Notes under the pieces: generated by a model
Told to the model about the DNA's origin: nothing
The model's database searches: none
Seen by the model: the letters and a program-made list of their open reading frames with translations, nothing else
Assembly (NCBI GenBank): GCA_964350265.1
Contig: CAYGJZ010000001.1
Coordinates: 33,944-97,943, forward strand
Source of the DNA: an uncultured Gammaproteobacteria bacterium
GTDB taxonomy: Bacteria > Pseudomonadota > Gammaproteobacteria > Arenicellales > CAJQKF01
Direction of reading: 5' to 3'
DNA: 64,000 nucleotides
Position numbers and translations under genes: made by a program
Shown: positions 8,499 through 19,048 of the stretch, one piece after another
How positions within the stretch are numbered: the stretch's first letter is position 1
Layout of the letters: each line of letters starts with the position of its first letter

Positions 8499-9656
8499 AT
8501 GACTACGGCAGAAGAACGCGAGGAGATGCGCGCGGCGGTGGCCGCGCTGTGCGAGCGCTACGGCGAGGGCTACTGGCGGTCGCTGGACGCCGAGCGTGGC
8601 TATCCCACCGAGTTCGTGCGCGAGATGAACGAGGCCGGCTTCCTCTCCGCGCTGATTCCCGAGGACTACGGCGGCGCCGGGCTCGGCGTGGTGGACGCCT
8701 GCGTGATCATGGAGGAGATCAGTCGCCGCGGCGCCCATGCCGGCGCCTGCCACGCGCAGATGTACGTGATGGGCACGGTGCTGCGCCATGGCAGCGAGGC
8801 GCAGAAGCAGGCCTACCTGCCGAAGATCGCCAGCGGCGAACTGCGCCTGCAGAGCTTCGGCGTCACCGAGCCGAGCACCGGCACCGACACCACCTCGCTC
8901 ACCACCACCGCCCGCCGCGACGGCGACGTCTACCGGGTGAGCGGGCAGAAGGTGTGGATCAGCCGGGTCGAGCATTCCGACCTGATGGTGCTGCTGGCGC
9001 GGACCACGCCGCTGGCCGAGGTGCAGAAGAAGACCCACGGCCTGTCGGCCTTCCTGGTCGACCTGCGCGAGGCGGTCGGCAACGGCCTCGCCGTGCGTCC
9101 CATCGACGCGATGATCAACCACCATGCCTGCGAGCTGTTCTTCGACGACCTCGCGGTGCCCGCCGCCAACCTGCTCGGCGCCGAGGGCGAGGGCTTTCGC
9201 GTCATCCTCGACGGCATGAACGCCGAGCGCATCCTGATCGGTGCCGAGTGCATTGGCGATGCCCGCTACTTTCTCGACAAGGCCACCGCCTATGCCCGCG
9301 AGCGGGTGGTGTTCGGCCGGCCCATCGGCGCCAACCAGGGCATCGCCTTCCCGCTGGCGCAAAGCCATGCCGAGACCGAGGCCGCGGCCTTGATGGTGGA
9401 GCGCGCGGCGACCCTGTTCGACGCCGGGCAGGCCTGCGGCGCCGAGGCCAACATGGCCAAGATGCTGGCCGCCGATGCCTCCTGGCATGCCGCCGACCGC
9501 TGCATGCAGACCCACGGCGGCTTCGCCTTCTCCCGCGAGTACAACATCGAGCGCAAGTTCCGCGAAACCCGCCTGTACCGGATCGCGCCGATCTCCACCA
9601 ACCTGGTGCTGTCCTACATCGCCGAGCACGTGCTCGGCCTGCCGAGGAGCTTTTGA
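8499..9656 (+). CDS. Acyl-CoA dehydrogenase family protein
   Basis: 385 aa from MTTAEEREEM (in frame inside ORF 7326..9656). ACAD features FGVTEPSTGTD, WISR, and C-terminal QTHGGFAFSREYNIERKFRETRLYRIAP. Confidence 0.9.
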   Translation: MTTAEEREEMRAAVAALCERYGEGYWRSLDAERGYPTEFVREMNEAGFLSALIPEDYGGAGLGVVDACVIMEEISRRGAHAGACHAQMYVMGTVLRHGSEAQKQAYLPKIASGELRLQSFGVTEPSTGTDTTSLTTTARRDGDVYRVSGQKVWISRVEHSDLMVLLARTTPLAEVQKKTHGLSAFLVDLREAVGNGLAVRPIDAMINHHACELFFDDLAVPAANLLGAEGEGFRVILDGMNAERILIGAECIGDARYFLDKATAYARERVVFGRPIGANQGIAFPLAQSHAETEAAALMVERAATLFDAGQACGAEANMAKMLAADASWHAADRCMQTHGGFAFSREYNIERKFRETRLYRIAPISTNLVLSYIAEHVLGLPRSF

Positions 9657-10792
9657 TGAAACCCCTGCAAGGCCTCACGGTGGTCACCGTGGAACAGGCG
9701 GTGGCCGCGCCGCTGTGTACCGCCCGGCTGCGCGATGCCGGCGCCCGGGTGATCAAGGTGGAGCGCGCCGAGGGCGACTTCGCGCGTGGCTACGACACCG
9801 CCGGCGGCGGCGACAGTTCCTACTTCCTGTGGCTGAACCAGGGCAAGGAATCGGTGGTGATCGACTTCAAGACCGCCGACGGCGCGCGATTGATGCGGTC
9901 ACTGCTCGCGACCGCCGACGTGTTCGTGCAGAACCTCTCGCCGGGGGCGCTGGCGCGGGCCGGCTTCGGCAGCGAGGCACTGCGCGCGGCGCATCCGCGC
10001 CTGGTCACCTGCGACATCTCCGGCTACGGCGAGGTCGAGGCGATGGCCGGCATGCGCGCCTACGACCTGCTGGTGCAGGCCGAGTCGGGTCTTGCCGCCA
10101 CGTCCGGCGCCCCGGGGGAGATCGGCCGCATCGGCGTCTCCATCTGCGACATCGGCGCCGGCATGACCGCCCACGCGGCGATCCTCGAGGCATTGCTCAG
10201 GCGGGGGGTGAGCGGCGAGGGCGCATCGCTGGCGGTGTCGCTGTTCGACGTTGCCGCCGAGTGGATGGCGGTACCGCTCATCCACCACGACCACGGCGAC
10301 GGCGCGCCCACCCGCCAGGGCCTGCGGCACCCGTCCATTGCCCCCTACGGCGCCTATGCCAGCGGCGACGGCGTGGTCACCCTGATCTCCATCCAGAACG
10401 AGCGCGAGTGGGCCAGGCTGTGCCAGGCGGTGCTGGAACGCCCGGCACTGGCCAGCGATGCGCGTTTCGTCGACAACAACCGCCGGGTGGCCAACCGCGA
10501 CGCCCTCGACGGGGAAATCACCGCCGCCATCGCGCACCTCGATGCCGCCACCTTCCGCGCCCGGCTGCGTGCCGCGTCCATCGCCTACGGCGCGGTCAAC
10601 GAGGTGGCCGACCTGTCCGGCCACGCGGCCCTGCGTCGCCGCGAGGTACTGGCCAGCGGCGGCGCGGTGGTTTCGATTCCCGATCACCCGGTGCGCTGGC
10701 GCGGCGAGGCCTGGCGCAGTGCGCCGGGGGCGCCGAAGGTGGATGCGCACGGCGACGCCATCCGCCGCGAGTTCGGCGGGGAGGGGTCGTGA
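9656..10792 (+). CDS. Family III (CaiB/BaiF) CoA-transferase
   Basis: 378 aa from MKPLQGLTVV. The start overlaps the ACAD stop (TGATG). CaiB-like N-terminus VEQAVAAPLCTARLRDAGARVIKVE and D-L-L-V-QAESG region. Confidence 0.85.
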   Translation: MKPLQGLTVVTVEQAVAAPLCTARLRDAGARVIKVERAEGDFARGYDTAGGGDSSYFLWLNQGKESVVIDFKTADGARLMRSLLATADVFVQNLSPGALARAGFGSEALRAAHPRLVTCDISGYGEVEAMAGMRAYDLLVQAESGLAATSGAPGEIGRIGVSICDIGAGMTAHAAILEALLRRGVSGEGASLAVSLFDVAAEWMAVPLIHHDHGDGAPTRQGLRHPSIAPYGAYASGDGVVTLISIQNEREWARLCQAVLERPALASDARFVDNNRRVANRDALDGEITAAIAHLDAATFRARLRAASIAYGAVNEVADLSGHAALRRREVLASGGAVVSIPDHPVRWRGEAWRSAPGAPKVDAHGDAIRREFGGEGS

Positions 10793-11640
10793 GCGGCCTG
10801 CGCGAAGGGCCGCCGCGCAGCATCCTGTTCGTGCCCGGCAGCCGGATCGAGCTGGCGGCGAAGGCGGCGGCGCTGGCGGACGCGGTGTGCATCGACCTGG
10901 AAGACGCTGTCGAGCCCGCTGCCCGTCCCGCCGCCCGCCGCGCCCTTGCCGAAGGCGTGGCCGCGGTGCGCCAGGCCGGCACCGCGGTGCTGGTGCGGAT
11001 CAACGCCGAGGCCGCCGAGCATGGCCTGGACATCGACGCCCTGCCCGGCCCGGTGGATGCCCTGGTGGTGGCCAAGGCGGCCGGCGCCGGACACCTGCAC
11101 GGCATCGCGCAACGGCTCGCCGCCGGCGGGCTCGGCGCCGTACCGCTGCTGCCCATGATCGAGGACCTGGCCGGCCTCGACGCCTTTGCCGGCCTCGGCG
11201 AGGCCGACGGGCAGTCGCTGGCGGGCATCACCATCGGCTGCGAGGATCTTGCCGCCGACCTCGGCTGCGCGGTGCAGGGGGTGGCCATGGAGCATGCCTT
11301 CTACCGGCTGGCCGAGTGTGCCCGTCGCCTGCGGGTGCCGCTGCTCGGCTACCCCGGCAGCATCGCCGGCTTCGCCGATCTCGACGGCTACCGCGCGCTG
11401 GCCGAGGCGGGTGCGGCGATGGGTGCGGTGGGTGGCTTCTGCATCCATCCGCGGCAGGTGGCGGTGCTCAACGCGGTGTTCAGCCCGGACCCGGCGGCAT
11501 TGGCGAAGGCGCGCCAGGTGGTGGCCGCCTACCAGGCCGCCGGCGGCGGCGCGGTGGCGCTGGACGGGCGCATGGTGGATCGCCCGGTGGTGTTGCGGGC
11601 GCAGGCCCTGCTGGCCCGCGCCGAACGCTTCAGCGCCTGA
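10789..11640 (+). CDS. HpcH/HpaI aldolase / citrate lyase beta (CitE)-like acyl-CoA lyase
   Basis: GTG start overlaps the transferase stop (GTGA). SILFVPGSR...CIDLEDAV...PMIEDLAG...GCEDLAADLG matches the CitE/malyl-CoA lyase family pattern. Confidence 0.8.
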   Translation: MSGLREGPPRSILFVPGSRIELAAKAAALADAVCIDLEDAVEPAARPAARRALAEGVAAVRQAGTAVLVRINAEAAEHGLDIDALPGPVDALVVAKAAGAGHLHGIAQRLAAGGLGAVPLLPMIEDLAGLDAFAGLGEADGQSLAGITIGCEDLAADLGCAVQGVAMEHAFYRLAECARRLRVPLLGYPGSIAGFADLDGYRALAEAGAAMGAVGGFCIHPRQVAVLNAVFSPDPAALAKARQVVAAYQAAGGGAVALDGRMVDRPVVLRAQALLARAERFSA

Positions 11641-12367
11641 GGAAGCCGCGCCCGCGCAGGAAGTCGAGCATGTGCGGCCGGGTCTTGCGCTGCACCGCCT
11701 CGGCGGTGGGCGCCGACCAGTCGCTGTCGCGGCGGTTCTCGCTGCGCTGCGCATAGTAGTCGCGCATCAGGTCGTCGTAGCGATCCACCGCCTCGGCAAT
11801 GCCCTCGGCGCGGTAGCGCTCCTGGTGCAGCACCAGCTCCACCGGCATGCGTGGCTTGATCTCCGGATCCTGGTCGGGCCAGCCCAGGCACAGGCCGAAG
11901 ACCGGGTAGACCAGGTCCGGCAGCGCGACCAGCTCGCTGACCGTGGCCGGGTCGTTGCGGATGCCGCCGATGAACACCGCGCCGAGCCCGGCCGACTCCG
12001 CCGCCACCATCACGTTCTGCGCCATCAGCGCGGTGTCCACGGTGGCGGTGATGAAGTGCTCGGTGTACACCGCGAGTTCCTCGTCGAGGGACTTGCGCAC
12101 CGCCCGCGCCACCCGGTTGAGGTCGGCGCACATGAGCAGGAAGACCGGCGCCTCGCGCACCCAGCGCTGGTTGTGGGCGACGTGGGCAATGGCGTCGCGC
12201 ACCGACGGGTCGGTGACCTGCACGATGCTGTAGGCCTGGATGAAGCTGGACGTCGCCGCGCCCTGGCCGGCACGCAGCAGGTCGTGCAGCAGTGCCTCGT
12301 CCACCGGCTGGTCGGTGTAGCGGCGGATGGAACGGTGGCTGGCGAGTTGCTCGATAACGGGATTCAT
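11630..12367 (-). CDS. nfsA: Oxygen-insensitive NADPH nitroreductase (NfsA family)
   Basis: 245 aa from MNPVIEQLASHRSIRRYTDQPV at the 3' end of the fused ORF 11630..14335; typical NfsA N-terminus and length. Confidence 0.8.
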   Translation of the reverse strand: MNPVIEQLASHRSIRRYTDQPVDEALLHDLLRAGQGAATSSFIQAYSIVQVTDPSVRDAIAHVAHNQRWVREAPVFLLMCADLNRVARAVRKSLDEELAVYTEHFITATVDTALMAQNVMVAAESAGLGAVFIGGIRNDPATVSELVALPDLVYPVFGLCLGWPDQDPEIKPRMPVELVLHQERYRAEGIAEAVDRYDDLMRDYYAQRSENRRDSDWSAPTAEAVQRKTRPHMLDFLRGRGFLRR

Positions 12368-12405
12368 GGACGACGGCAGTTGGAGGCGGACGGCGAGGAT
12401 ACCAT

Positions 12406-14289
<1,884 letters not shown>

Positions 14290-14451
14290 CGCGGCCCGGC
14301 GGCGCTGCCGCGCATGCCATAATGATTCGCGCCACGCAGGCGGGCTGGCGGCGCGATCGGGCAAGTGGTCAGTGGACGGGGCATGGTTCAGCGGCGATAC
14401 AGGCGCGTTGGGCCAGTGTGCAACGGGTGCGTAACGAAGGAGAGCAGGTAC

Positions 14452-16938
14452 ATGGGGCGCGGCTTGCGCATCACGGCGGCGATTCTAGCAGTCCTCGTGG
14501 TGATGATGGCGTTGTGGGCATCGTCGCCGTGGTGGGCGGCACGGCTGCTGGCGCCACGCCTGGCCGAGCATGGCCTGGTGCTCGAGTCGCTGTCGATGAC
14601 GCCGCCCGGGCCGCGTCGCCTGCACGTCGCGCAACTGGCCGTGCGTCATCCCCGGCTCGACGCCACCGTGCACCTGCACGGCATCACCCTGGCCTATGGT
14701 CGCGTCCTGCGTGGTGGCCGGCTCGGCGCGGTCACGGTGGACCGGGTCGTCGTGGCGATGCAGGCGGACGGCAACGGCGATGCCGTGCCCGCGCAGGCGC
14801 TGCCGCTGGCACCGCTCCTCGACGCGCCCCTCGCGGCGCCGTGGCCGGACCCCGGCCTGCTGGCGGCGATACCCGTCGACGGTGCGACGGTGGACCGCGT
14901 CGAGCTGTCGCTGAACGACACCGCCTACCCGCCCTTCTCCCTGGCCGCCAGCGGTGACGCCGACGGTGCCCGGCTGCATGCGCAGGTGCTGGAACCGGCC
15001 CAGCCGGCCCGCCAGGCCACGCTGCAGGCCGACGCCGGCGCCTGGTCGGCGGTGCTCGGCGGTGACGGCGCCGAGCCGCTGGCCGTGTCGATGCGTCGCG
15101 ACGGCGACGGCGTCCGCGGCCGCCTGCGTGGCGATGCCGCCGCGCTGTCCGCCTGGCTGGCTCCCTTCGGCGGCCCCCGCCTCGACGCCGACTGCCGCCT
15201 GGACGTCGCGCTGCGCTGGTCGCCGAACCCCCTCGAGGCGCTGCGCGTGGACGGCGCGCTGTCCGACTGCCGCCTCGGCCCGCGCGCGCTGCAGGGTGGC
15301 CGTCTCGCCACCACCTTGATGCGCACCGCCAGCGGCTATGCCAGCGTGGCGCCGGCCCAACTGGCGCTGGAGGGCGTGGTGCTGCCCGGGGTGCGCATCG
15401 GCACCGTGCAACTGCACAGCGGCCTTGCCGTGGATGTCGAGTCGCGGCAACTCGCCCTGCCCCGCGGCGCCACGCTGCAGGCCTCGGCCATCGAGGCCGG
15501 CGAGGTGACGATGACGCAACTGGCCGCCCGCCTGGCCGAGTCGACCACGCTGGATGCCGACGGTACCGCCGCCGACGTGGTGGTGACGCTGGCGCCGGCT
15601 GCGCTGGCGCTGGGCGAGGAAGACATCGGCTTCCAGGCCGCGCGCCTGGTCCTGCCGGCGGACGGTTCCGGCCTGCGCGGCGAGATCGAAGCCGTGGAAC
15701 TGGCCGCCGGCGAGGTCACCCTGCGCGTGCCGCGTGCCGTTGCCCGACTCGTCGATGACACCCTCGAGGCCACCGTCCCGGTATTTACCGTGCACGGGCT
15801 GCTCGACGAACTGGCCGGCAGCGACGCCGACCTGCGCCTGGCGCTGGATGGCGTCGCCGTATCCGCCGAGGTTGCCTCGCTGCGCCTGGCGATGGACGAG
15901 GTCCGCGCCGGCCTGGCCGGGGTCCGCGTCGAGATCGAGCCGGGGGCCACCCCGCCGACTGGCCGCTTCGCCGCCCGGCTGGCCGGCGTCGCCCCGTTCG
16001 GCGGCCGCTTCAGCTTGGCCGGCGACGGCCCGGCCAGGGTGGAGATCGATCCGGCCAGCTGGACCTTCGGCGAGACGCTGCCAAGCGCCTCGGCCCTGCT
16101 CGAGAAGGGCTGGCCGGCCGATCTCGATCTCGTCTCCGGCACGTTGACCTGGTCGGCAACGCTGGTTCTCGGCGAGGCGGTGAATGCCGATGCCCGGCTG
16201 CGCCTGGACGATGTCGGCGGTGTCGCCGGCGGGGTGTTCTTCTCCGGCGCCAGCGGCGAAGGCGACCTGTCCCTGTGGCCAAGCCTGGCCACCCGTGCCG
16301 CCATCCCGCTCGAGGTGGCCGCGGTGGACGTCGGCGTGGCACTGACCGCGGTACGTGGCCATCTGGCGCTGGCCGACCACGGCGCACCGGTGGTGATCGC
16401 CAACGAGGTGTCCGCCGAGACCCTCGGCGGGCGTGTCTCGGTGCCCCGCTACGACAGCCGCGTTGCACGCGTGGAGGTGGTGCTGGAGGACATCGACCTG
16501 GCCGAGCTCGCCGGCGAGGAACGCTTTCCCGGCCTGACCATGACCGGGCGCGTGGGTGGCCGCGTGCCGGTGGAAATCCGCGAGGACGGTGTATACATTA
16601 CCTCCGGCCGGCTGGTGAACCGCGAAGGCGGCCTGCTGCGCTATGCCGCCGGCGGTGCCGGCGAAGGCAGCGGGGTGGAAATCCTGTTCAAGGCGCTGGA
16701 GACGTTCGACTACACGTTGCTCACCGCCGAACCGAACTACCGACCCGATGGCACCCTGGTGCTGGCCATTCACCTGGAGGGCACCAGCGAGGAGATCGGC
16801 CGCAGCCAGCCCATCCACTTCAATGTCAACGTGGAACAGAACCTGTTGTCCCTGCTGCGCAGCGTGCGCCTGGTCAACGGCCTGAACGAGCGCGTCGACC
16901 GCGAGGTGCGCCAGTACTACGAGCGGAACCTGAACTAG
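14452..16938 (+). CDS. ydbH: YdbH-family AsmA-like intermembrane lipid-transport protein
   Basis: About 828 aa from MGRGLRITAAILAVLVVMM (N-terminal TM anchor). C-terminal YdbH-type region (LLTAEPNYRPDGTLVLAIHLEGTS). Followed by ynbE and ydbL as in E. coli. Confidence 0.8.
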   Translation: MGRGLRITAAILAVLVVMMALWASSPWWAARLLAPRLAEHGLVLESLSMTPPGPRRLHVAQLAVRHPRLDATVHLHGITLAYGRVLRGGRLGAVTVDRVVVAMQADGNGDAVPAQALPLAPLLDAPLAAPWPDPGLLAAIPVDGATVDRVELSLNDTAYPPFSLAASGDADGARLHAQVLEPAQPARQATLQADAGAWSAVLGGDGAEPLAVSMRRDGDGVRGRLRGDAAALSAWLAPFGGPRLDADCRLDVALRWSPNPLEALRVDGALSDCRLGPRALQGGRLATTLMRTASGYASVAPAQLALEGVVLPGVRIGTVQLHSGLAVDVESRQLALPRGATLQASAIEAGEVTMTQLAARLAESTTLDADGTAADVVVTLAPAALALGEEDIGFQAARLVLPADGSGLRGEIEAVELAAGEVTLRVPRAVARLVDDTLEATVPVFTVHGLLDELAGSDADLRLALDGVAVSAEVASLRLAMDEVRAGLAGVRVEIEPGATPPTGRFAARLAGVAPFGGRFSLAGDGPARVEIDPASWTFGETLPSASALLEKGWPADLDLVSGTLTWSATLVLGEAVNADARLRLDDVGGVAGGVFFSGASGEGDLSLWPSLATRAAIPLEVAAVDVGVALTAVRGHLALADHGAPVVIANEVSAETLGGRVSVPRYDSRVARVEVVLEDIDLAELAGEERFPGLTMTGRVGGRVPVEIREDGVYITSGRLVNREGGLLRYAAGGAGEGSGVEILFKALETFDYTLLTAEPNYRPDGTLVLAIHLEGTSEEIGRSQPIHFNVNVEQNLLSLLRSVRLVNGLNERVDREVRQYYERNLN

Positions 16939-16963
16939 CCGCATCGCAACCCGAGGACAGACC

Positions 16964-17158
16964 ATGAAGCATCCATCCGCCTACTGCCTGGCCGCCGCGC
17001 TGACCCTCGCGGCGGGCTGCACGCCGACCGTCAAGGTCGACACCCCGGACAAGCCGATCACCATCAACCTGAACGTGAAGATCGAGCACGAGGTGCGGGT
17101 ACGCATCGACCGCGAGCTCGAGAACGAGGTGTTCAGCGAAGACAGCGGCCTGTTCTAG
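16964..17158 (+). CDS. ynbE: YnbE-family lipoprotein
   Basis: 64-aa ORF with lipobox LAAGC, then TPTVKVDTPDKPITINLNVKIEHE, typical of YnbE. Confidence 0.8.
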   Translation: MKHPSAYCLAAALTLAAGCTPTVKVDTPDKPITINLNVKIEHEVRVRIDRELENEVFSEDSGLF

Positions 17159-17185
17159 CGCAAGACAACGACCGAGGAAATCACC

Positions 17186-17512
17186 ATGAAACGAATTGCC
17201 CTTCTCATTGCCGCCCTGCTCGCCCTGGCGACCCCGTTGGCCGCGCTGGCCATCGACATCGGCCAGGCCAAGAGCCAGGGCCTGGTGGGGGAAACCGACA
17301 GCGGCTACATCGCCGCCGTGTCCAGTCCGGGCAGCGACGTGCGCGCGCTGGTGGACGAGGTCAACGGCAAGCGCCGGCAGGTCTACCAGGACCTGGCGAA
17401 GAAGAACGGCGTACCGCTGGCGGAGATCGAGAAGGTGGCCGCGCAGAAGGCCATCAACAAGACACCGGCCGGGCAGAAGGTGCGCATCGGGGGCAGTTGG
17501 CAGACCAAGTAG
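17186..17512 (+). CDS. ydbL: YdbL (DUF1318) periplasmic protein
   Basis: 108-aa ORF with signal peptide. GLVGE...GYI...VN..R...Y pattern of DUF1318. Third gene of the ydbH operon. Confidence 0.8.
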   Translation: MKRIALLIAALLALATPLAALAIDIGQAKSQGLVGETDSGYIAAVSSPGSDVRALVDEVNGKRRQVYQDLAKKNGVPLAEIEKVAAQKAINKTPAGQKVRIGGSWQTK

Positions 17513-17518
17513 CCGACC

Positions 17519-19048
17519 ATGCGCCGCAACGTGCTGCTCGTCACCGCCGACCAGTGGCGCGGTGACTGCCTGTCCAGCCTCGGCCACCCGCTGGCGCTGA
17601 CCCCCAACATCGACGCCTTCGCCGCCGAGGGCGTCACCTTCGCCCGCCACTACAGCGTCTGCGCACCCTGCGGCCCCTCGCGTGCCAGCCTGCTCACCGG
17701 CATGTACCTGCACAACCACCGCTCGGTGCGCAACGGCACGCCGCTGGAGGATCGCCACACCAACCTGGCCCGCGAGGCGCGCCGCGCCGGCTACCGGCCG
17801 CGCCTGTACGGCTATACCGACACCACCCTCGATCCGCGTGCCCATGCCCTGGAGGACGTCCTCCGCCACGGCTACGAGAACCTCATGCCCGGCTTCGAGG
17901 AGGGCTTGCTGCTGCCCGGCGAACAGCCGACCGCCTGGCTGGCCGACCTCGCCGCCAAGGGCTACCCGGTGCTTGACGTCGACGAGGCCTTCGCCCCGGC
18001 CAGTCCCTCGCCCGCCGATCGCGGGCGGACCTTCGCCCCGGCCCGCTATGCCGTCGCCGACGGCCCCACCGCCTTTCTCACCGACCGCCTGCTGCGCGAC
18101 CTCGCCGAGAGCGGGCCGGGCTGGTTCGTGCACCTGTCGTGGCTGCGCCCGCACCCGCCCTTCATCGCCCCGGCGCCCTGGCACGAACGCTACCACCCGG
18201 CTTCGGTGCCGTCGCCGGTGCGTGCCCACAGCGTCGCCGAGGAGGCGGCCCTGCACCCGTACCTGGCCGCGCTGCTCGGCAGCGGAGACACCGCCGGCAT
18301 GCTGCACGGCGCGGTGCCGGGCAGCGACCGCTACGAGGTGGAGATGCGCCAGCTGCGCGCCACCTACTACGCGCTGGTGTCCGAGGTGGACCACGAGTTC
18401 GGTCGCCTGCTGTCCTTCCTGCGTGGCACGGGCATGCTCGACGATACCCTGGTGATCCTCACCAGCGACCACGGCGAACTGCTCGGCGACCACTACCTGT
18501 TCGGCAAGCGCGGCTTCCACGACGCCGCCTTCCACGTGCCCCTGCTGGTGCGCGACCCGGCGCTGCCGCGTGCCGGGCGTGGCCGGGTGGTGTCGTCGTT
18601 CTCCGAGAGCGTCGATGTCATGCCGACCATCTGCCAGTGGCTGGACATCGACATCCCGGCGCAGTGCGACGGCCGCTCGCTGCTGGGGGTCATGCGCGGC
18701 GAAGACAGCGGCCGCGACGCGGTGCACTGGTCCTACGACGTCGGCAACGACGGCGAGGCGGTCCACCGCCTGCTGGGCGGCACGCGCCCGCCGACCTTCG
18801 ACGTGGTGCGTACCGCGCACGCCAAGTACGTGCATGGCAGCGGCATGCCTTCGCTGCTGTTCGACCTCGATGCCGACCCGGGGGAACGCCGCAACCGGCT
18901 CCGCGACCCGGCCCTGGCCGGGCTGCGTGCGGAGTTGCTCGATCGCCTGCTGCAGCGGCGCATCGACAGCATGCCGCGGGCGCTGGCCGACCTCGTGGTC
19001 AGCCGCGACGGCATCACCGAGCTGGCGCCGGGCGCGGGCCTTCGCTGA
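17519..19048 (+). CDS. Sulfatase-family hydrolase, phosphonate monoester hydrolase (PMH)-like
   Basis: 509-aa ORF. LLVTADQWRGD and CAPCGPSRASLLTGMYLHNHR closely parallel the recalled Rhizobium/Burkholderia PMH motif CVPCGPARASLLTGLYLMNHR. Also SDHGELLGDH. Starts 6 nt after the ydbL stop. Confidence 0.75.
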   Translation: MRRNVLLVTADQWRGDCLSSLGHPLALTPNIDAFAAEGVTFARHYSVCAPCGPSRASLLTGMYLHNHRSVRNGTPLEDRHTNLAREARRAGYRPRLYGYTDTTLDPRAHALEDVLRHGYENLMPGFEEGLLLPGEQPTAWLADLAAKGYPVLDVDEAFAPASPSPADRGRTFAPARYAVADGPTAFLTDRLLRDLAESGPGWFVHLSWLRPHPPFIAPAPWHERYHPASVPSPVRAHSVAEEAALHPYLAALLGSGDTAGMLHGAVPGSDRYEVEMRQLRATYYALVSEVDHEFGRLLSFLRGTGMLDDTLVILTSDHGELLGDHYLFGKRGFHDAAFHVPLLVRDPALPRAGRGRVVSSFSESVDVMPTICQWLDIDIPAQCDGRSLLGVMRGEDSGRDAVHWSYDVGNDGEAVHRLLGGTRPPTFDVVRTAHAKYVHGSGMPSLLFDLDADPGERRNRLRDPALAGLRAELLDRLLQRRIDSMPRALADLVVSRDGITELAPGAGLR

